Shown here piece by piece: positions 56,520-64,000 of a DNA stretch of 64,000 nt. Under the pieces are notes generated by a model. That model was given only the letters and a program-made list of their open reading frames with translations, was not told the DNA's origin and made no database searches. Source of the DNA: Oscillospiraceae bacterium (GTDB lineage: Bacteria > Bacillota > Clostridia > Oscillospirales > Acutalibacteraceae); assembly GCA_902796075.1 (NCBI GenBank), contig CADBNN010000020.1, positions 4,258 through 68,257 on the forward strand. The letters are read 5' to 3'. How positions within the stretch are numbered: the first letter of the stretch is position 1; every line of letters begins with the position of its first letter. The translations under genes and the position numbers were made by a program.

Positions 56520-57716
56520 ATGAAAATGGAAGAAAAGAAATTGCGCATCGGCTTGGTTGGCACCAGCTCCCGCTGTCATTCACTGCACGAAAGTTATCAT
56601 CTGCACCCGCAGTATGAAGTGGTGGCCGCTTGCGATACGGCGCTGCACAAGGCCGAAGATTTTTTAGAGACTTTTAAAACCATTACCGGCGGCAAAACGT
56701 ATAAACCTTACTCCTGCTATGAAGAAATGGTGAAAAACGAAAAGCTGGACGCGGTGCTCATCACCTGCGATCCCGACGTGCAGGTGGACATTGCGGTGGA
56801 CGCCATGCACCGCGGCATTCACGTTATGACCGAAGTGCCCGCCGCTTTTTCCATTGAACAGTGCGAAAAACTGGTGGACGCCGTGGAACAAACCGGCTGC
56901 AAATACCAAATGCAGGAACAAACCCGCTATTGGAAGTTTATCCGCGACTGGCGCGAAATGGCCGCCCGGGGCGAATTCGGCAAAATCATTTACGCCGAAG
57001 GCGAATACCTGCATTTTGAACCCGCCTGGGACGCCTTTATGGACCGCAAGACCGGCTACCGCGAATGGACCAGCGATCCGTCTTATTACGCCAACCCCAA
57101 CTACGTGCCCTCCTGGCGGGGCCGCTGCTTCCGCAATCCCATTTTCTATTTGCCCCACACCTTAAGCCCGCTGCTGTCCATCACGGGCGGGCGCATCACC
57201 AAGGTTTCCTGCATGGGCGTTAAGGCGGACAGCTACGGCACCCCCGGCATGGCCTATCGGGATATTCAAAATGCTTTGATGTATAATTCCGACGATATCG
57301 TGTTTTCGGTGCGGGCCGGCTTTACGTCGCCTTACGGCCAAAAAGCCCAAACCGGCGCCCACTGGTATCAGGTCAAGGGCACCCAGCGTTCGGTGGAATG
57401 GGCCCGCAGCACCATCGATACTCCCAAAATGTACACCCCCGTGCCCGGCACCCACGACGGGGAATGGAAGGCCATGGACTGGACCTGCGCCGACCCCGAG
57501 GCCGAAGCCTTTATTCGGGAAGGGTATCACGGCGGCGCCGACTACTATCCGCTGATGCATTTTATTGACGCTATCAATCACGACACCACCCCGCCCATGG
57601 ACGTGTATACCGCGGTGGAAACCGCCGCGCCGGCTATTCTGGCGGCGCAGTCCTGCGAGCAAGGCGGCGTTTTGCTGGAAGTGCCCGACTTCCGTAACCG
57701 GGGGAAGAAAGCATGA
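56520..57716 (+). CDS. Paralog of the preceding Gfo/Idh/MocA-fold protein
   Basis: About 50% identical by eye to the 55307 gene (IFYLPHTLSPLLSITGGRITKVSCMG). The start is ATG 56520 or 56526 after AAAGGTGG. Confidence 0.7.
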   Translation: MKMEEKKLRIGLVGTSSRCHSLHESYHLHPQYEVVAACDTALHKAEDFLETFKTITGGKTYKPYSCYEEMVKNEKLDAVLITCDPDVQVDIAVDAMHRGIHVMTEVPAAFSIEQCEKLVDAVEQTGCKYQMQEQTRYWKFIRDWREMAARGEFGKIIYAEGEYLHFEPAWDAFMDRKTGYREWTSDPSYYANPNYVPSWRGRCFRNPIFYLPHTLSPLLSITGGRITKVSCMGVKADSYGTPGMAYRDIQNALMYNSDDIVFSVRAGFTSPYGQKAQTGAHWYQVKGTQRSVEWARSTIDTPKMYTPVPGTHDGEWKAMDWTCADPEAEAFIREGYHGGADYYPLMHFIDAINHDTTPPMDVYTAVETAAPAILAAQSCEQGGVLLEVPDFRNRGKKA

Positions 57717-59419
57717 CCGTTTATTACGTGCAAGATCTGGCCAAAAAAGCGGCCCAGAATGAACAAACCGGGTTTTATACGCCCGGCTATATGGAAGAAA
57801 TGGTTTCCCGTTTGGGGGCGCCCGCTGCGGCGCTGGACCTGAACGCGCTGCCCGCCGCCGCGCCGGCGGCGGACGACGTGGTGCTGGTGGGGGCCGATAC
57901 CCTCACCGCCGGGCAAGCGGCCGCTTTGGCGGCGGCCGCCGCCCGCGGCACGCTGGTGGTGGGCTTTGCCACTCTCGGCGCCGAAGAGTTGTTTGGCTGC
58001 CGTGTGACCGAAACTCTGCCCCAGGCCGATCCGTTTGAAACCATCGGTACCTTCACGGCCGATAACGCCCTGCTGCATATTCTGGACGCCGCCCCCGGCC
58101 TGCCGGTTTTGTCGGCGGTGCTCGGCACGGCGGGCGGCACGTCGGCCGCCACCCTGCAGGTGGGGGACCGCACCCTGCCCGGGCTGATCGTGACCGAAAA
58201 CACCTGCTATTTCCCCTTTGACCTGCCCGAAACCCTGCTCAAGATCGCCCAGGGCCGGCCGATGCCTTTCGGCCCGTCCGACTATTTTCCGGTGCACCGC
58301 ACGCCCGACAGCCGCGCCCTGACCTATGAATATGATTCCACCGTGCCGGCGGTCGATATGTATTTGCTGCTGCTGGAAAAACTGCTGTGGCAGCGTGGCA
58401 TGCCTTTGCTGCACGTGCTGCCGCCGCTGGCGGACGGCACGCCGGCCGATCTGCTGTTCTATTACGGCGGGGATGACGATAACACCTCGGCCGAACTGGA
58501 CGAGCGGGCTTCCCAAATCATGCACGAAAAAGGCTTGCCTTATCACATGAATTTAATGCCCGGCAGCGATCAGGGCGATTACACCCTCACCAAGGCGGAC
58601 TTTGACCGCATTACCGCCCGCGGGCACGAACTGGCCCTGCATTACAATCTCACCGGCGGCTATACCAAAGAAGCGTTTGACAACCAAATGCAGACCTATA
58701 TGGATCTGTATCAGGTCAAACCGGTGGTTAACGTGGCCCACTGCCTGGCCCAGGGGGGCTGGGCGGAATATGCCCGCTGGCAGGCCGCGTGGGGCGTGAA
58801 AGGGGATAACGGCCGTTCCGGCTTTAACAATCCCGGCGATATCAACGCCTTTAACCTGTATGATTTCGGCTTTGGCACCGCGTTTCCCGCTTTTGTGTAT
58901 GACGACGCGGCCCACGGCGGCGGGCGCATCGATTTTTGCTCCATTCCGCTGAGTTATTACGAACCCCGCGTGGGCGGCCAATACGGCGACGGCGAAAAAA
59001 TGCAAAAATGTGTGAACAACGCCGTGTTTTACGGCCAGGCGGTCAATCTGTTTTCCCATCCCCATTATGTGGCGTTCTGGAACGGGTACGATTCGCTTAT
59101 GACCCTGCAGGCCTTTGACCTGGCGCTCAATTTGTGCCGGCAAAAGGGTGTGCGCCCCTATTTGGCGGGTGTGGACGCGTGGTGCGCCTGGTGGCATGCC
59201 CGGTCCCATTGCCGGCTTGCCGGCGCCGGCCAAAACGCGCTCACCGTCACGCTGGCGGACGACGCCGCTGTGGTGGTCAAATTCCCCGCCATGGGCCAGC
59301 AAACCGCCTTTATGCTGGACGGCGCCCCGGTGCAAGCCACTGTGAAAGAAATTGGCGGCTTGTCCTATGCGCTGGTGGTCGTGTCAGGCGTTGGCGAGCA
59401 TACGATTGCCGCCCGGTAG
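57713..59419 (+). CDS. Hypothetical protein, possibly a NodB/CE4-like polysaccharide deacetylase fold (weak)
   Basis: 568 aa. The start overlaps the upstream stop. GGDDDN and HELALH resemble CE4 motifs 1 and 2, but the match is tentative. Confidence 0.45.
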   Translation: MTVYYVQDLAKKAAQNEQTGFYTPGYMEEMVSRLGAPAAALDLNALPAAAPAADDVVLVGADTLTAGQAAALAAAAARGTLVVGFATLGAEELFGCRVTETLPQADPFETIGTFTADNALLHILDAAPGLPVLSAVLGTAGGTSAATLQVGDRTLPGLIVTENTCYFPFDLPETLLKIAQGRPMPFGPSDYFPVHRTPDSRALTYEYDSTVPAVDMYLLLLEKLLWQRGMPLLHVLPPLADGTPADLLFYYGGDDDNTSAELDERASQIMHEKGLPYHMNLMPGSDQGDYTLTKADFDRITARGHELALHYNLTGGYTKEAFDNQMQTYMDLYQVKPVVNVAHCLAQGGWAEYARWQAAWGVKGDNGRSGFNNPGDINAFNLYDFGFGTAFPAFVYDDAAHGGGRIDFCSIPLSYYEPRVGGQYGDGEKMQKCVNNAVFYGQAVNLFSHPHYVAFWNGYDSLMTLQAFDLALNLCRQKGVRPYLAGVDAWCAWWHARSHCRLAGAGQNALTVTLADDAAVVVKFPAMGQQTAFMLDGAPVQATVKEIGGLSYALVVVSGVGEHTIAAR

Positions 59420-59521
59420 TGAAAACATCGTTAGGCTGCGGCACAACGGATCGTTTCGATCGCTTTATTGCCCGTACTAAGGCGCCGCTGACGCATGGCG
59501 CTTCTAAAAGAGGTGTGCAAC

Positions 59522-62500
59522 ATGAAAAAACAGATGAAAAACGTGCTGACAATGGCTTTGGCAGTTACAATGATCTTGTCCTGCCTGAGCGCGCTTTCCC
59601 TGCCGTTTGCGGCCGCGGATACCGCGCCGACGATTGACGGCGTGAAAGACGACGCCTATACCGACGACCGGTGTCTCACCGTTACCCAGGTCGTTCCGGC
59701 GGTCGGTTCCGGCCAAACCGTGCCCAACACCACCAACTCAACCATCAAACTTTGGTATACGTGGGACGATACAACGGTGTACTGCTTTATGCAGGTAACG
59801 GAACCCGGCCAAACGGACGTGGACGCTTTGTACGACATCTTGTATTTTGGCAACCGGGTCAATTTCAATTCTTCGCCCATCCTCACCCAGGCGGGCGGCG
59901 GTTACGCGCAGTTTTCCACAGCCGACGGGTCGGTCACCAGCGCGTCTTCGGTTATGCCGCCGCTGGCCACCGCCCACGTTTACAGCGACAATAAGCAAAC
60001 TCGCAGTTATGAGGTCTCCTTCACGCGCGACACGTCTTCGGACGGCTTTACGGTCAGCCCGGTGGTGTATGGGCGCGATCAGTACATTGTGGCCTACAGC
60101 GATTATTATTCTTCCGGCACCATCAACAAAAAGGTTTATTATAACGACGCGTCCTCCTGGAAAGAATCGAAAGGCGAACCCGTAGGCGAACAGCCGGATG
60201 AACCGGTAGTCGACGGGATAGACGGCGAAAAAGACGAACGCTACAGCGATGACAAATGCTTAACGGTCACCACGGCTTATGCGCAGCAAGGCGCTTCCGG
60301 CACCATACCCAACGTGACCAATACGACCGTTAAGGTGTGGTATGCCTGGACGGATGAAACCATCTATTTGTTCATGCAGGTCACCGAACCCGGTCAAACC
60401 GATCTTACGGGGATCTACGATATTTTGTATTATGCCAACAAGGCCGAAGGGCTGAACGGCAGCGCGATCCATGCGCAACCCGGCGGCGGTTATTTGCAAA
60501 CCGCCGTGGCCACCGGCGCGCCTGTCAGCGACGGCAGCCAACTGGCGCCCACTCATAAAGCGGCCAAGATCAGCGCAGACAAGCAAACCCGCTGTTATGA
60601 AATGTCTCTCCCGCGCAACGCCGCGGCAACCGGTTTTGCCGTTAGCCCGGTGGTGTATGGTCGCACCGATTATTTTGTGAGTTATGTGAACTATTACAAT
60701 GCCGGCAATCTGGCTAAAGTGGTCTCTTTTACAGATGAAAACACCTGGCAGGAAACCAAAGGCGAGCCGGTGAACGGCGGCGACGAGCCGGCCGATCCCG
60801 AAGCGGTAGACGGCATTGACGGTGTGAAGGACGAACGCTATACCGACGAAAAAGTGACCACCGTTAACAAAACCTACCGCGTGGTGGGCGCGGCCGATTG
60901 CGACAACACGGCCGAAGTGGTCGTAAAAACCTATTACGCCTGGAACGACGATTACACCTATATTTACATGGACGTGGATGATCCCGAAAAAGACCCGCTG
61001 CATCCGCTCACCTATTTGATGTTCTATTTCCGCGACAATTTTGATTATGCGCCCACCGACGATCCCGCCGGCTTCATTTTCAAAAACTCCGGCGGCGGCT
61101 GGATGCAGTATAATGTGAAAACCGGCGCCATGAGTGCCGACACCGCTAACTGGTCGTCTTTCGAAAAAGCCACGGCCAAAACCGCCAACGGCTACGCGTT
61201 GGAATTCCGCGTGCCCCGCAAAGCGAACGCCGCCGGCTTTATCATCAGCCCCGTGGTGCAAATGGGGGACGACAGCGATCCCCAACGGTATGCCGTCAGC
61301 TATGTGTCCGCTTATAATCTGGACGGCGGCGTCAAGCGGGTGCTGTATAACAACAGCGCCTCCTGGGTGGATACCTCCGCTTACGAAGAAGCGGCTTCCG
61401 GCACCACCACCGACCTGCCCGGCATTGACGGCGTGAAGGACGAGCGGTATTCCGAAGACAAAATGACGCTTATTTCCAAAGCCTACGGCGGCCAAAGCCA
61501 GGGTGCCATTTACAACAGCAAGCACGTGTTCCTCAAACTGTATTATAACTGGGATGACAACTACAACTACATTTTCGCCGAGGTGCACGATCCCTTTAAT
61601 ATGGCAACGGAAGACGTGTTCTACTACGCTTCCCACACCCAACAGCTAAGCGATTCCGTTCACACGCTGCCCGGCGGCGGTTACATCACCTTCCTGGCGG
61701 CCACCGGCACCAAATACGGCGGCAAGGACATGGATAACCGCTTGCTGCAATACGGCAGTGTGAAAGAAAACGGCGTGCGCTGTTACGAATTTGTGCTGCC
61801 CAAAAGCAATAATGCCGACGGCTTTATGATCAGCCCCGTTATTTCCGGCAATCAGGGCCGCTATGTGGTGGCTTATAATACCACCTACACCAACAGCACC
61901 GCCACCAAACTCATCCGTTACGGCGATCCCACCACCTGGAAAGACGAAACCCAGGTGGACCCCGACGTGGTGATGGACCCCGCCGCCACCTTCGATCCCA
62001 TATTTGCCCGCATCAACGCCCTGCCGGACGATCCTCAGACCGTTACCCTGGCCGACCATGAGCAGGCTATTTTGAGCCTGCGGGACGAACTGGCCGCCAT
62101 GCCCGGCACCTGGTCGGTGTTTATGGACGAAGACTTGCTGGCCAAGTTCCAGGCCGATTACGACCGGCTGGTGGAACTGATGGCCGCCGAACATGCCGAC
62201 GAGATCGCGGCGGTGGAAGCCCTTGTGAACGCCCTGCCGGACGAAGTGGATCTTGCCAATGAAGAAGCGGTGGAAGACGTGGCGGCGGCTGTGGCCGAAC
62301 TGGGCGATCTGTTCCGGTACGCCGATCCTGCCGTTATTGCCAAATATGAAAACGCGCTGGCTCAGATCCGGTCTTATAAAACCTCCGTTGTAATAGACGG
62401 CAAACTGGATTCAGCGTATGAAGCCACCGAAGAAGTGCCGGTCAGTTATGAAATTGCAATGGGGTCCGCCGGCGGCATTCTGGATATGTCGCCCGCGACC

Positions 62501-63451
62501 AACGGCCTGATCTACACCATGGCGGACGATGATTACGCCTATATTTACTTTATGGTGTACGATGCAGACCAGATCTATCACGTGCCCCAGGGCGTAGACT
62601 ATTCCAATGTGATCAACCAGTATGACGGCATTGCTTTCTATCTGGATATGGACCCCGGCAACCGGGTGATCGGCATTGCTTATCAGGACGCGTCTGAACC
62701 GACCGACAATATGATGTATTTCTGCATGACGGCCGACGGCGACGTACCCGACAGCTGCATTTCCGCCAAAACCGCGTTTTTGCGGGATCCCGCCAACTTC
62801 TGCTCGTTTACCACGGATGAAGGTTATGGCTTTGAAATGCGGGTGGCCCGCGTGCCCGGCGAAGAAACCTTTATGTTCAACGCGGTTATCGTGAACCCCG
62901 TTTATACCGAAAATCCCTCCACCGGCGAAATGGAATTCAATTATAACGATTCCCGCTACATCGCCCAGGGCGAATACTGGGCCGGCACCTACGCCAACTA
63001 TGCGGAAATGTATTTTGAAGATTATCCGGTGATGATGGACTATATGCAAATCATCAAAATCATCAACAGCCTGCCGGCTGCCGACGCGGTGGTAGACCGT
63101 TCTCCTCTTAAAAAGATCACCCGCGTGCGCAGCGCGCTGGCACTGTTGTCCGACGCGCACATGGCCAAAATTCCGGCCGACGTGCTTAAGCATTTAGACG
63201 ATGTGGAAGCGGCCGTGCTGGCTCTGCCGCCGGAAAGCAACGTGAAACTGGGCGACGTGAACAACGACGCCGCCATTGACGCCAAGGACGCCCTGCTGGC
63301 GCTGAAAGCGGCGGTTGGCAAAGCCACTCTCACCGCCGACCAGACCAAAGCGGCCGACGTGAACGGCGACGGCGCCATCAACGCCAAAGACGCGCTGGAG
63401 ATTTTGAAGTTTGCCGTGCGTAAAATCGACAAATTCTCCGCTGAAAAGTAA
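59522..63451 (+). CDS. Large secreted protein with five repeated ~190-aa CBM9/DOMON-like modules and a C-terminal type-I dockerin
   Basis: Start at ATG 59522 with a signal peptide. Modules begin IDGVKDDAY / DGIDGEKDERY / DGIDGVKDERY / PGIDGVKDERY / IDGKLDSAYEA. C-terminal dockerin DVNNDAAIDAKDALLALK..DVNGDGAINAKDALEILKFAV. Confidence 0.7.
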   Translation: MKKQMKNVLTMALAVTMILSCLSALSLPFAAADTAPTIDGVKDDAYTDDRCLTVTQVVPAVGSGQTVPNTTNSTIKLWYTWDDTTVYCFMQVTEPGQTDVDALYDILYFGNRVNFNSSPILTQAGGGYAQFSTADGSVTSASSVMPPLATAHVYSDNKQTRSYEVSFTRDTSSDGFTVSPVVYGRDQYIVAYSDYYSSGTINKKVYYNDASSWKESKGEPVGEQPDEPVVDGIDGEKDERYSDDKCLTVTTAYAQQGASGTIPNVTNTTVKVWYAWTDETIYLFMQVTEPGQTDLTGIYDILYYANKAEGLNGSAIHAQPGGGYLQTAVATGAPVSDGSQLAPTHKAAKISADKQTRCYEMSLPRNAAATGFAVSPVVYGRTDYFVSYVNYYNAGNLAKVVSFTDENTWQETKGEPVNGGDEPADPEAVDGIDGVKDERYTDEKVTTVNKTYRVVGAADCDNTAEVVVKTYYAWNDDYTYIYMDVDDPEKDPLHPLTYLMFYFRDNFDYAPTDDPAGFIFKNSGGGWMQYNVKTGAMSADTANWSSFEKATAKTANGYALEFRVPRKANAAGFIISPVVQMGDDSDPQRYAVSYVSAYNLDGGVKRVLYNNSASWVDTSAYEEAASGTTTDLPGIDGVKDERYSEDKMTLISKAYGGQSQGAIYNSKHVFLKLYYNWDDNYNYIFAEVHDPFNMATEDVFYYASHTQQLSDSVHTLPGGGYITFLAATGTKYGGKDMDNRLLQYGSVKENGVRCYEFVLPKSNNADGFMISPVISGNQGRYVVAYNTTYTNSTATKLIRYGDPTTWKDETQVDPDVVMDPAATFDPIFARINALPDDPQTVTLADHEQAILSLRDELAAMPGTWSVFMDEDLLAKFQADYDRLVELMAAEHADEIAAVEALVNALPDEVDLANEEAVEDVAAAVAELGDLFRYADPAVIAKYENALAQIRSYKTSVVIDGKLDSAYEATEEVPVSYEIAMGSAGGILDMSPATNGLIYTMADDDYAYIYFMVYDADQIYHVPQGVDYSNVINQYDGIAFYLDMDPGNRVIGIAYQDASEPTDNMMYFCMTADGDVPDSCISAKTAFLRDPANFCSFTTDEGYGFEMRVARVPGEETFMFNAVIVNPVYTENPSTGEMEFNYNDSRYIAQGEYWAGTYANYAEMYFEDYPVMMDYMQIIKIINSLPAADAVVDRSPLKKITRVRSALALLSDAHMAKIPADVLKHLDDVEAAVLALPPESNVKLGDVNNDAAIDAKDALLALKAAVGKATLTADQTKAADVNGDGAINAKDALEILKFAVRKIDKFSAEK

Positions 63452-63538
63452 TTATCTCATCCTCATACTTCATCCGTCGGTGGCCAAACGCGTGTTGGCC
63501 GCCGGCGGAAGTCCCGGTTTTAACGGAGGCGATTTTCC

Positions 63539-64000
63539 ATGATGCAAAACACAACCAACCGCCATGCCGCGGCGCGCGTGTTGGCGCTGCTGCTGGCTCT
63601 TGCGCTGGCGCTGTTAAGCGCGCCCGTTGCCGTTTTTGCGGCGGAATCGGGCTTGATCGGCGACCCCAATCGAGACGACCAGATAAACGCAAAAGATGCA
63701 TTGTTTGTGCTGCGGGTTGCAGTGGGCAAACAAACGGCAGACGATTACCAGACCATTGTGGGCGACGTGAATGACGATGAAAAACTGGACGCCAAAGACG
63801 CCCTTATGATTCTGCAATACGCTATAAACAAGCGGGATTCCTTCCCCCGGGTGTGGGTGGAAGAAGGCGACTATTACGGCGCCCGCGACCGGGAATACCG
63901 GGTGGATTATTCCGATTTTACCGAGCCTGTCACCATTAACGATGTGACCGACGCCGCCGAGATCGTGCAAAAACTGGGGGGCGACCCCCAAACCGGCCCG
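63539..64000 (+). CDS. Partial CDS (runs off the window end): secreted protein with an N-terminal dockerin-like module
   Basis: AACGGAGG RBS, then MMQNTTNRHAAARVLALLLALALALLSAPVAVFA signal peptide, then DPNRDDQINAKDALFVLR..DVNDDEKLDAKDALMILQYAI. Confidence 0.6.
   Translation, partial: MMQNTTNRHAAARVLALLLALALALLSAPVAVFAAESGLIGDPNRDDQINAKDALFVLRVAVGKQTADDYQTIVGDVNDDEKLDAKDALMILQYAINKRDSFPRVWVEEGDYYGARDREYRVDYSDFTEPVTINDVTDAAEIVQKLGGDPQTGP

Overview
High-GC (~60-65% by eye) Firmicutes/Clostridia-type chromosomal segment, probably an Oscillospiraceae/Ruminococcaceae-like organism given the many dockerin-bearing secreted proteins. Gene content in order:

- **1-7.1 kb, minus strand:** the conserved rimP-nusA-ylxR-ylxQ(L7Ae)-infB-rbfA-nrnA-truB-(ribF) operon.
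- **7.3-15.7 kb:** a Cys-rich hypothetical, a ROK kinase, a SIS isomerase, an AraC regulator, a GH38 alpha-mannosidase, an orphan lipoprotein SBP, and a flavodoxin-like protein.
- **15.8-22.2 kb:** a visibly lower-GC island encoding a WYL-domain (HTH-WYL-WCX) regulator, a UvrD-family helicase with a Cys/His-rich C-terminal extension, a soluble FtsH-like AAA+/M41 metalloprotease, and a small protein with a degenerate RecF/SMC-like N-terminus. Two related perfect palindromes (TGYACC-N6-GGTRCA) overlap the promoter of the WYL gene and the promoter of the protease gene. This is my top candidate for a novel defense or DNA-damage module.
- **22.2-35.2 kb:** a solitary spoVAC, a Gfo/Idh/MocA plus TIM-barrel sugar module, a beta-helix lipoprotein with a two-component system, a dockerin-fused SBP-like protein, and a DUF1836-NfeD-flotillin-lipoprotein operon.
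- **35.3-46.7 kb:** five tandem paralogs (~600-800 aa) of an uncharacterised conserved family. Four carry a signal peptide plus an N-terminal dockerin; one is cytoplasmic.
- **46.8-53.0 kb:** a consensus promoter with a structured leader, followed by a sortase-anchored DUF4430 protein, a membrane protein with a prenyltransferase-like toroid and DUF4430 (transcobalamin-like architecture), and an ECF transporter (T, fused A1A2, S).
- **53.0-64.0 kb:** a 4x 11-bp direct-repeat array upstream of a dockerin protein gene, an AraC regulator, two GH109-like Gfo/Idh/MocA paralogs, a NodB-like protein, a 1309-aa protein with five CBM9/DOMON-like modules and a dockerin, and a partial N-terminal-dockerin protein.

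No rRNA, tRNA, CRISPR or obvious transposase was recognised.
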